A stretch of DNA of 64,000 bases, taken from contig OY282420.1 of NCBI GenBank assembly GCA_958295955.1, forward strand, positions 45,714 to 109,713, in the 5' to 3' direction. Positions 45,600-53,533 of the stretch are shown piece by piece (the stretch's first letter is position 1; every line of letters starts with the position of its first letter). A program made the translations under genes and the position numbers. Under the pieces are notes generated by a model that saw nothing but the letters and a program-made list of their open reading frames with translations, had not been told where the DNA came from and ran no database searches. Source of the stretch: an uncultured Bryobacterales bacterium. GTDB lineage: Bacteria; Acidobacteriota; Terriglobia; Bryobacterales; UBA6623.

Positions 45600-46689
45600 T
45601 GTCTTGTCGTTGCGCATGCAACTCTCCTATCCGCGGTTGGCTCTCGACGTGCGCGAAGAACTCTCTCTCAGCGGAGTCACCGCGCTGTTCGGACCCAGCG
45701 GCAGCGGCAAGAGCACGCTTTTGCGGCTGATCGCCGGGCTCGAAACGCCCCGCGCCGGCCGTATCGCTCTCGGCGCCGCGGTCTGGTTCGACAGCCGCCG
45801 CGGCGTGAACGCGCCGGCGCACCTCCGCTCGGTCGGCTTCATGTTCCAGGATTCCCGCTTGTTCGACCATCTGAGCGTCCGCGGCAATCTGGAGTTCGCC
45901 GACAAGCGCAGCGCAAGGGATGCCCCCGGCATAGCCTGGCAAGACGTTGTTGCGACGCTCGACCTGGAAGACTTGCTGGAACGGCGCAGCCGCTCGCTTT
46001 CGGGAGGCGAGCGGCAGCGCGTCGCTCTGGCCCGCAGTCTGCTGTCCCGGCCGCGGCTGCTGATGCTCGACGAGCCGCTTTCCGCTCTGGACGACAAGCG
46101 TAAAGCCGAAATCCTGCCCTATTTGCAGCGGGTTCCGCGGCATTTCGGCATCCCCACGATTTTTGTCAGCCACGCGTTGGATGAAATCGTCCAGCTTGCC
46201 GGCTCCATACTCGTATTGGCGGAAGGCCGCGTTCAGGCATACGGCCCGACTGCGGAGATCGTCGAGCGTCTTGACTTGCAACCGGTCACGGGACGTTTGG
46301 AAGCCGGAGTGCTGGCGCCGGCGCGCGTCAGCGGGCACGACCCCCGCCTGGCGCTGACCCACGTCGATCTCGACGGACAGCTTCTCAAGATGCCGATCGT
46401 CCGCAGGCTTGCCGTTGGCGAGAAGATCCGGCTGCGCATCCCGGCCCGCGACGTAGCCGTTGCCCTGAGCAAGCCCCGGGGAGTCAGCATCCGCAACGTG
46501 CTGGCGGCAACGATCGAGCGCATTGCAGTTGACGACGACTCGGCCTTTGCCGAGGTTTTCATGACGCTGCGCAGCGCCCGCATCCGCGCCCGGTTAACGC
46601 GGGACGCCGTGGAAGAGTTGCGCCTTACCGCGGGAATGCCGGTCTTTGCCTTAATCAAGAGCGTCAGCTTCGACCGCCGAATCGTCTGA
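45589..46689 (+). CDS. modC: molybdate ABC transporter ATP-binding protein with C-terminal TOBE/Mop domain
   Basis: ATG 45589 overlaps the modB end by 11 nt. GPSGSGKSTLL, LSGGERQRVALARSLL, LLMLDEPLSALD. C-terminal SIRNVLAATIERI..ARLTRDAVEELRLTAGMPVFALIKSVS TOBE. Confidence 0.88.
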   Translation: MSADVLSLRMQLSYPRLALDVREELSLSGVTALFGPSGSGKSTLLRLIAGLETPRAGRIALGAAVWFDSRRGVNAPAHLRSVGFMFQDSRLFDHLSVRGNLEFADKRSARDAPGIAWQDVVATLDLEDLLERRSRSLSGGERQRVALARSLLSRPRLLMLDEPLSALDDKRKAEILPYLQRVPRHFGIPTIFVSHALDEIVQLAGSILVLAEGRVQAYGPTAEIVERLDLQPVTGRLEAGVLAPARVSGHDPRLALTHVDLDGQLLKMPIVRRLAVGEKIRLRIPARDVAVALSKPRGVSIRNVLAATIERIAVDDDSAFAEVFMTLRSARIRARLTRDAVEELRLTAGMPVFALIKSVSFDRRIV

Positions 46690-46770
46690 ATCGGCAGGCG
46701 TTGCGCAATATCGAATTTCAGTGCGAATCGCTCCTCCGGGCGGCGCCAAGCCTGCATGCTTTCCCGACCC

Positions 46771-47073
46771 TCAGGGGTTGTCGGCCGTCCGCCACTCGGC
46801 CGGGTCGAATCCCCAGAAATTGCAGACGAGCAACTCGCCGCCGTCCGTCCGCACGGCGTCGCCGACACGGATGGCGCGGGGAGAATCCTCCGTTTCCGGC
46901 TGCTCCTGAAGCTTGCGCCAAAGCTCGTAAGGCGTTTGCGCCTCGACCTCGAGACCTTCCTCGTAATGACTCTCCCGCAACAGGTAGGGCGGATCCCGGG
47001 GAGGTTTCTCTTGAAATTTCGCGGCATGTTCGGGGAGCCGATAAAGGATGCGGTAGAGAGGCATCCCCTTCAT
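46771..47073 (-). CDS. small hypothetical protein downstream of the GT2 synthase
   Basis: MKGMPLYRILYRLPEHAAKFQEKPPRDPPYLLRESHYEEGLEVEAQTPYELWRKL..GELLVCNFWGFDPAEW has non-repetitive, protein-like composition. Same strand as the GT2 gene and 36 nt downstream of it. Start uncertain (47073 or 47064). No family recognised. Confidence 0.45.
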   Translation of the reverse strand: MKGMPLYRILYRLPEHAAKFQEKPPRDPPYLLRESHYEEGLEVEAQTPYELWRKLQEQPETEDSPRAIRVGDAVRTDGGELLVCNFWGFDPAEWRTADNP

Positions 47074-47109
47074 TATCCGCGGCGCATCGAAACAGTCGAA
47101 CCGGCGCAA

Positions 47110-48612
47110 TCAGCGGACCGATTCCTCGGCGGCGGTCAGCGGGGCGTTCGACCGGGACCGCGACTGCGCCAGCATCGAGCCGGCGGCAAACGCATAGCCT
47201 GCAAAAAATAGAGCGAGGAAGGGGAAGGACAGCCAGTTTCCGACCGCCGCCGCCCAGCACAGGCAGAATGCGAAATAGGCCGCTGCGAGCAAGTTGGCCG
47301 CCGCCCGCCGGCCTCCCCGCGCGCCGTACCTGCGGCGGGCGAGAGGAACGATTTTTCGGTCCGCGCTGTATTTCGCCGTGCGTTCGAAAGGCGAGGCGGA
47401 ACCGACGGCGGCTTCCATGACGGCCTTCGCGTTGCCGATCGCGAGGCCGATTCCGGTTGCGGCCAATAGCGGCGCCAACAACGCATGGCGTCCGAACCCG
47501 CCCCTGCCGAGCTCGCGCTGAGCCAGAATGTAGAAACTGCCGAGAGAGCTGAACGTGGCCAGAAATATCGGCAGGTCGAGCCACAGCAGCCGCCCCTGCC
47601 AGTGATGAAAGCGCACCGACATCGACGGCAGGGCAAGCGCCGAGAGCAACAGCAACAGGGGATAGGCAACGTTCGCCGTGAGGTGTGCGCACGCTTCCGC
47701 TTTTACCTGCAGCGGCTGGTCGGAGCGCAGAATCCGGGGCAGCAGCTTGATCCCCGTCTGCGTCAGCCCCTTGGCCCAGCGAGACTGCTGAAGTTGAAAC
47801 GAGGCCATGTCCGCGGGCAATTCGGACTCGACTTCCAAGTGCGGCAGATAGACGAACCGCCACCCCCGCAGTTGAGCCCGATAGCTCAGGTCGGTGTCTT
47901 CGGTGAGTGTGTCGTGCTGCCAGCCGCCCGCATCCTCGATCGCTTTTTTGCGCAGAATGCCCGCCGTTCCATTGAAATTGAAAAACCGCCCCGAACGCGC
48001 CCGCGCCCCGTGCTCGAAGACGAAATGCCCATCCAGAAGCATGGCCTGGAGCCGGGTCAGCAACGAGTCGTTGCGGTTGCGGTAGGTCCAGCGCGCCTGC
48101 ACGGCTCCCACCCGCTCATCGGTGAAGTAATGCACGGTGTTGCGCAGAAAGTCTCGCGGGGGAGTGAAATCCGCGTCGAAAACGGCGATCAATTCTCCGT
48201 CGGCGTGCGCCAGTCCGGCCTCGAGCGCGCCGGCCTTGTACCCGACTCGATTCTCGCGGCGGCGGTATTCGATCGGATGCCCCGCGTCCCGCAGTTGCTG
48301 CGTTTTGCGCAGGGCGAGTCGATGCGTCTCGTCGGTCGAGTCGTCGAGCGCCTGGATTTGCAGCAACTCCCGCGGGTAATCGATCCGGCAGGCGGATTCC
48401 AGCAGTTGCTCGACAACGAAGCGCTCGTTGTAAATCGGCAGTTGCACCGTGACCCGGGGCAGCCGGCGGAAGCGCCCCGCGGGCTGCGGATGCGCGGCGC
48501 CGCGATGCCGGTAATAGAGAAAGATCAGGTGGTAGCGGTGCAGGCCGTACAGGCTCAACACCGCCATGAGCGCGAAATACAAACCGACCGGCGCCGCATC
48601 CGGAGAGATCAT
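47110..48612 (-). CDS. membrane-embedded family-2 glycosyltransferase (processive, cellulose-synthase-like/CslA-like)
   Basis: N-terminal TM. VTVQLPIYNE, ALDDSTDET, VFDADFTPP (DxD) and QQSRWAKG (Q-x-x-R-W), then four or more C-terminal TM spans. Confidence 0.82.
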   Translation of the reverse strand: MISPDAAPVGLYFALMAVLSLYGLHRYHLIFLYYRHRGAAHPQPAGRFRRLPRVTVQLPIYNERFVVEQLLESACRIDYPRELLQIQALDDSTDETHRLALRKTQQLRDAGHPIEYRRRENRVGYKAGALEAGLAHADGELIAVFDADFTPPRDFLRNTVHYFTDERVGAVQARWTYRNRNDSLLTRLQAMLLDGHFVFEHGARARSGRFFNFNGTAGILRKKAIEDAGGWQHDTLTEDTDLSYRAQLRGWRFVYLPHLEVESELPADMASFQLQQSRWAKGLTQTGIKLLPRILRSDQPLQVKAEACAHLTANVAYPLLLLLSALALPSMSVRFHHWQGRLLWLDLPIFLATFSSLGSFYILAQRELGRGGFGRHALLAPLLAATGIGLAIGNAKAVMEAAVGSASPFERTAKYSADRKIVPLARRRYGARGGRRAAANLLAAAYFAFCLCWAAAVGNWLSFPFLALFFAGYAFAAGSMLAQSRSRSNAPLTAAEESVR

Positions 48613-48653
48613 GTGAGATACGCTTGGATTGGTTTTGACTTGCTGCCGTCCGC

Positions 48654-50051
48654 ATGGGCCGGCGGCCGCACGATCCGATGAGCGTCCGCCGGCATCTCGG
48701 CCTGTTTCTCGCCATCGCGCTGCTCGAAGGCGGATACCTCTCGCTCTTCCGCTCGGGGCGCCTTGCAGACGACGTACCGGGGTATATTGCGCACGCGTTC
48801 TATCTGTCCATAGTGTACTTGGTCTGCTGTTGGGCGGTTACGCGCCCCCGCGCCGGGCGATTCGATGAGAAAGCGGTCTTGCGCTGGATTTGGGCCGGCG
48901 CGGTGCTGTTCCGGCTGACCCTCCTGCCGCTGCACCCCAGTTTGTCGGAAGACACGGCGCGCTACCGCTGGCAAGGGGTCATGCAGGCTCACGGCGGGGA
49001 CCCCTATCTCCATGCGCCGCAAGAAGAGCGGTGGAAGAGCATCCGCGACGAAACGTGGCCGCGCGTCGGGCGCAAGGACCTCGCCTCGTCCTATGGCCCC
49101 ATGTACGAGCAAATCTACCTTCACTACTACAGGCTCATCCGCATGTTCGGGACCGCGGCCGAAACGGAAGTCCGGCTGTTCAAGCTGCCCTTCGCCTTGG
49201 CCGATGTCGGCGTCGGCCTAGCGCTCATGGGGCTGCTCGCCGCCGCCGGACGCCCGCGGACGTGGGCGCTGGTCTACCTGTGGTCCCCGCTGACCGTCGT
49301 CGAATTCTGGGCCGAAGGGCATAACGATTCGGTGACCCTGTTCTTTGTCGTATCCGCGCTGACGCTGCTCTTGCGGGAGCGCCGCGCCTGGGCGTTCGCC
49401 GCCCTGACCGCGGCGGCGCTCGGAAAAATCTGGCCCGTCATCCTGTTCCCCTTTTGGGCGCTCGACCGCGATGCCGGAGGCCGCCTGCGCTTCCACTGGC
49501 GCTCCTTGTCGGCGTGTTTGCCTGTTGCGGCGATCCTTTGCGCGCCGTACCGGCAGAGCCTGACGAACATCGAAGCAGCGCTGACCGGACTCATCGGCGG
49601 ATGGCGCAACAACGACAGCCTCTTCGCCTACATCTACGCCTACGCCGGCTACGATTTCGCCGCCGCTGCGGCTCTGGTCAAAAAACTGCTCGCCGCCGCG
49701 CTGGGCGCCGTCTGGCTCCTGCAGTTGCGCCTGCGTCTATGCCCGACGCAGACCGCCCTCGCGGCGGCAACGATTCTGCTGCTGCTTTCCGCGAACTGCT
49801 TCCCCTGGTATCTCACTTGGCTTTTGCCGTTCCTCGCGGTGCATCCTTGCGCGTCCTTGCTGCTGTGGACCGCCGTCGCGCCATTGGCGCACCATGTCGT
49901 AACGGGATACGAAATCGCCTCCGTCTGGCAATACGACCGCTCGATTCTCGCTCTCGAATACGCCCCGGTGTTCGCTTGGCTGGCAGTCGATGCGGCGCGC
50001 CGGCTGCGGCAAGCTTGGGCGGACGGCGAGGTTGCAAAAAGAGTACGCTAA
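48654..50051 (+). CDS. polytopic membrane protein, GT-C-like (DUF2029 / mannosyltransferase-like)
   Basis: About 10 hydrophobic spans. The first loop SEDTARYRWQGVMQAHGGDPY resembles the conserved D..RY...G..PY loop of DUF2029/GT87-type enzymes. Divergent from the GT2 gene. Alternative start 48678. Confidence 0.55.
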   Translation: MGRRPHDPMSVRRHLGLFLAIALLEGGYLSLFRSGRLADDVPGYIAHAFYLSIVYLVCCWAVTRPRAGRFDEKAVLRWIWAGAVLFRLTLLPLHPSLSEDTARYRWQGVMQAHGGDPYLHAPQEERWKSIRDETWPRVGRKDLASSYGPMYEQIYLHYYRLIRMFGTAAETEVRLFKLPFALADVGVGLALMGLLAAAGRPRTWALVYLWSPLTVVEFWAEGHNDSVTLFFVVSALTLLLRERRAWAFAALTAAALGKIWPVILFPFWALDRDAGGRLRFHWRSLSACLPVAAILCAPYRQSLTNIEAALTGLIGGWRNNDSLFAYIYAYAGYDFAAAAALVKKLLAAALGAVWLLQLRLRLCPTQTALAAATILLLLSANCFPWYLTWLLPFLAVHPCASLLLWTAVAPLAHHVVTGYEIASVWQYDRSILALEYAPVFAWLAVDAARRLRQAWADGEVAKRVR

Positions 50052-50197
50052 TGGGAATGCCCGGACGATGGACGGATACCGCAAGCGCCTCGTAAATGGG
50101 GATCCGGCAAGACACAAGATCGACCGGGGAAGCGCCGCCAATACCGCAGAAGACCGGCAAGGGACGGCCGCGCGGGCAGAGATCGATTGCAGAGAAG

Positions 50198-51508
50198 ATG
50201 CGCGCGCCGCATATTCAGCGGCGCATGCTCAAGGCGGCCGGCGACCTCTCGGCTCCGGCCCAACTCCGTTTCAGGGAAACGCTCGAACGGCTTGCCGCGC
50301 AACTCCGCCGCGCGCTGCTTGAGACCGGCGGCATTATCCGCATCGAGAAAGACCACGCAGCGCTGTGGAAGAGCGTTTCCGGTCAAGCGATCGGCTTCGT
50401 GGACGGCGGGCTGGCCAACCTGCCCATGCTCGGCTCCGCGCCGGTCGCGGCCCGCGTGGAAGGCTACACGGTTACACCCGGCGCGCGCGGAGCGGAAAGA
50501 GAGAAGTTCTTCGTTCTCAAGCGTCTCATCGATCAACTTTACGCTTATGACGAAGAAGGAGTTTTCGAGGACGCCTTTCCCGACGTGGGCGCCCTGCGGG
50601 ATGCCGCCAGGATAGCGATTGGGGCAGCCGGCGCCGTGCGCATGCTCGCCGAGCAGCGCGGCCCGGCTTGGGTTTTTCTGCGCGGGGCGCTGGTCAATCC
50701 GGTGCTGCGCTTCACCGATGCGATGCGCGATGGGCAGGTTCGGCGCCGCTTCCCGGATTTCTCCGACACCGCCTTGGCGGATTTTCTTCCCCCGCAAGAA
50801 CCCGCGCGCGAGGGCCGCGGCCGCCGGTTCCTCAGCGTCCATTTACGGCAACTCCAATTCCTGGAGGAAGCGCAAGCGGTAGTCTGCGGCGTGGTCGAGC
50901 GCGAGAGCGCGGCCGTCTCGGCGTGCCGCGCAGTGCTCGACGGTCTCGCTGACGCTCCGCTCCGCGATCTTTTTCCCGAGTCGCCGAGGGAATGGAAAAA
51001 CCGGTTCCGAAACGCCGTCGACCCGTCCGGCGAAGACGACTTGGCAGGCCGGCGCATTACCGACTCGTTGCTCTTCCACTGCGTGCTCGAACCCGGCGAG
51101 GCGCTCCTGCCCGTGCCGGTGAACCGCAATGAATTGCGCCGCGCCGCCGAGCGCCGGCGGGATGTTATCGGCCGCTATCCCACGCCTCGAGTTTCCTATC
51201 TCCAGGTCACGGAATGGAACGCGCCGCTGCGGCTGGAAATGTTTTCCAAAGACCTGGGCCGCTTCCGCGAGACGACGGCGCTCGTCATGCACTGCGCCTT
51301 GCTCTTGCCGCGCCATGCCTTCCCGTCCGGCATGGACGTCGCCGAGCGAGTTCCCAACCGGTGGAGCCGGCCGCTCGACGCCCATGCGGCGGCGCGGGCC
51401 ATGCGGCAGACGCTGCAACGGAACGACACCCGGCTGTTCGATGCGCTGCGCCTCATGCTTTGCGCATTCGAGCGGGAATTTCTACTTCGGCCGGGCGTGT
51501 ACCGCTAA
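50198..51508 (+). CDS. NurA-like nuclease-family protein (putative partner of the downstream HerA-like ATPase)
   Basis: AIGFVDGG (Asp codon 50402-04) about 70 aa from the start resembles the NurA motif xxVDGS. VFLRGAL sits at the position of the NurA LLDGSL strand. C-terminal APLRLEMF and LLLPRHAFPSGMDVAERV resemble the NurA RvE and YPxxLxxAD/HxxA blocks. Stop is 17 nt before the ATPase start. Start uncertain (50096, 50198 or 50225). Confidence 0.5.
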   Translation: MRAPHIQRRMLKAAGDLSAPAQLRFRETLERLAAQLRRALLETGGIIRIEKDHAALWKSVSGQAIGFVDGGLANLPMLGSAPVAARVEGYTVTPGARGAEREKFFVLKRLIDQLYAYDEEGVFEDAFPDVGALRDAARIAIGAAGAVRMLAEQRGPAWVFLRGALVNPVLRFTDAMRDGQVRRRFPDFSDTALADFLPPQEPAREGRGRRFLSVHLRQLQFLEEAQAVVCGVVERESAAVSACRAVLDGLADAPLRDLFPESPREWKNRFRNAVDPSGEDDLAGRRITDSLLFHCVLEPGEALLPVPVNRNELRRAAERRRDVIGRYPTPRVSYLQVTEWNAPLRLEMFSKDLGRFRETTALVMHCALLLPRHAFPSGMDVAERVPNRWSRPLDAHAAARAMRQTLQRNDTRLFDALRLMLCAFEREFLLRPGVYR

Positions 51509-51525
51509 CGAAGGGGGGGAAGAAC

Positions 51526-53520
51526 GTGGCGGCGGATTTCGACGAGACCGGCCGGCGGCAAATCGGCGCCGTTGTCGGCAATGCGGGGACGACCGAGTTC
51601 ACCTTCATCCTGCAGCAGTTTCAGGCCCGCGTCGGGGACATCGTGATGCTTGACATGGCCGTGCCCGACGGCGCCTACCGCGGACAGGCATCCATTTATG
51701 TCTGGGCGCGCATCACCGACATCCGACGTTTCAACCCCTTCTTCCCCTTCGAGGCCGCCCGGGAACTTGCGGACGAGGGGATAGCGCTCGAAGACACCGT
51801 GTTGTCGGACGCGCGCGACCAGCTCGAAGCCGTGTGCTTGATTCTCGGCGCGACCCCCGAGAATCGGTTTGCCGCTCTCTCGCCGCTCACCTATCCGGTG
51901 AAACCTGCGTCGCCGGTGTACCGCCCGCCGGCGGCTGCCGTCCGCGAGTTGCTGGTGGGCGGCCGGGAGCATGAGGTCAAGGCGCCGCTCGGCTCGCTGA
52001 TCGCGCGCAGCGATGTCGAGGTCGCCTTGTCCGCGCCGCGCCTGGTCTCCCGGCATCTCGCCATCCTGGCGATGACGGGCGGCGGCAAGACGGTAGCGGC
52101 CCGGCGCATCGTCCGCGAACTGATCGGGCACGGTTACCCGCTGCTGATTCTCGATCCGCACGGCGACTACGTCGGTTTGGTCAAGTGCCGCGAGCTTCTG
52201 CGGCAAGAGGCTCCCGGCTGCGAGATCCGGTTGTTTTTCCCCGATTTGCTCATGCAGCAGGCCGGCGGGGATCTGATCGAAAAGATCGTCGGCCAGATGA
52301 CCGACGGGCTGAGCGAGCCGCAGGCGGACTATCTTCGTTCGGCGTTCGCCGGCCTGCCCGCCAACGAAGGCGAACCGGCGATCGCGTATATCGAGCGGCT
52401 GTTCGAGTGGATTGTGAAAGAGCTCAAAGACTCTGACGACCACCACCGAACGCCCACCATGCGCGCGGTCGGGCGTTCGTTGGGCATCGTTCACGACAGG
52501 CTGGTGCGCATGCGGTGGACCAGCGAAACGATGCGGCGCAGCACGAAACTGGGCGGCCTGCCCTTCGAGCCGTTGCCCAATCCGTTCACTCGGCCCGAGG
52601 ACATCGTCCGTCCCGGACAAGTCTCGATCCTCTATCTCGGCGGCTACGACCATATCACCCAGTGCTCGATCGCCGCGATCACGCTGGAAACCCTGTTCGA
52701 GTTCCGGGCCAACCTGACCGGCCGCATCGCTCCCTTTCTTACCGTTATCGAAGAAGCCCATACGTTTATCCCCTCGGCGCGGGAGGGAACGCAGAGCGCC
52801 GTCTCGCTTCCCGTCGTGCGGCGCGTCATCACCGAAGGGCGCAAGTTCGGAACCGGCTTGATGCTGATCTCGCAACGGCCGAGCCGCTTGGACGAGACGA
52901 TCGTTTCGCAGTGCAACTCGTTCTTGATTCTGCGGCTGGTGAATCCGCGCGATCAGACCTTCGTGCGCGCCGTCATGGAGAACCTCACCGAATCGGATGC
53001 GCGCATGATTCCCGGTTTCGGACCGGGGCAGGGCATTGTCAGCGGTCAGGTGGTGCGCTTTCCCCTGCACATTCGGGTGAAAATGGACGAAGACCTGCTT
53101 GCGGCGGAGATCGGCGACGAAGATTTTTTTGCAGAGGCTGCGTCCTGGGCGTCCGGCGGGGACGCAGCAACCCCTGAGCAAGGGGTTGCGGTTGCGGCGG
53201 AGAACGGGCAAGACGCCCGGCAAACGCCGGCCGAACGCATCGCCGGCACGATGACCGACAAGCTTTCCGCGCCGCAGTCGGCTTCCGATCGTTTGCTCAA
53301 GGCGCTCGACGGAGAAGACCTCAATCCATTGATTGAGTTCCTGATTACCGAGTACGGCCGCTCCGCCGGCGCGCGGAAACGCGCCGAAGGGGTAATGAAC
53401 CTGTTGCAGGGCGCATCCGATGCCGATGTCTGCGCGCAATTCGGAGTGCAACCCGGCTCCTTGCGGGGTTGGGTCAAATGGGCCGTCGAAGCCCAGCGCA
53501 AGATCGCCGCGGCAAAGTGA
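51526..53520 (+). CDS. HerA-like / DUF87 (FtsK-HerA superfamily) ATPase with C-terminal HTH-like extension
   Basis: GTG 51526 after an AAGGGGGGGAAG purine tract (the track ORF 51214 overlaps the upstream gene). N-terminal barrel (IGAVVGNAGTTEFTFIL..VGDIVML). Walker A HLAILAMTGGGKT. LILDPHGDY. Walker B FLTVIEEAHTFIP. RKFGTGLMLISQRPSRLDETIVSQCNSFLILRLVNPRD: hallmark HerA/DUF87 blocks. 143-aa tail from 53089. Confidence 0.8.
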   Translation: MAADFDETGRRQIGAVVGNAGTTEFTFILQQFQARVGDIVMLDMAVPDGAYRGQASIYVWARITDIRRFNPFFPFEAARELADEGIALEDTVLSDARDQLEAVCLILGATPENRFAALSPLTYPVKPASPVYRPPAAAVRELLVGGREHEVKAPLGSLIARSDVEVALSAPRLVSRHLAILAMTGGGKTVAARRIVRELIGHGYPLLILDPHGDYVGLVKCRELLRQEAPGCEIRLFFPDLLMQQAGGDLIEKIVGQMTDGLSEPQADYLRSAFAGLPANEGEPAIAYIERLFEWIVKELKDSDDHHRTPTMRAVGRSLGIVHDRLVRMRWTSETMRRSTKLGGLPFEPLPNPFTRPEDIVRPGQVSILYLGGYDHITQCSIAAITLETLFEFRANLTGRIAPFLTVIEEAHTFIPSAREGTQSAVSLPVVRRVITEGRKFGTGLMLISQRPSRLDETIVSQCNSFLILRLVNPRDQTFVRAVMENLTESDARMIPGFGPGQGIVSGQVVRFPLHIRVKMDEDLLAAEIGDEDFFAEAASWASGGDAATPEQGVAVAAENGQDARQTPAERIAGTMTDKLSAPQSASDRLLKALDGEDLNPLIEFLITEYGRSAGARKRAEGVMNLLQGASDADVCAQFGVQPGSLRGWVKWAVEAQRKIAAAK

Positions 53521-53533
53521 CGGCCGGCCCGCG

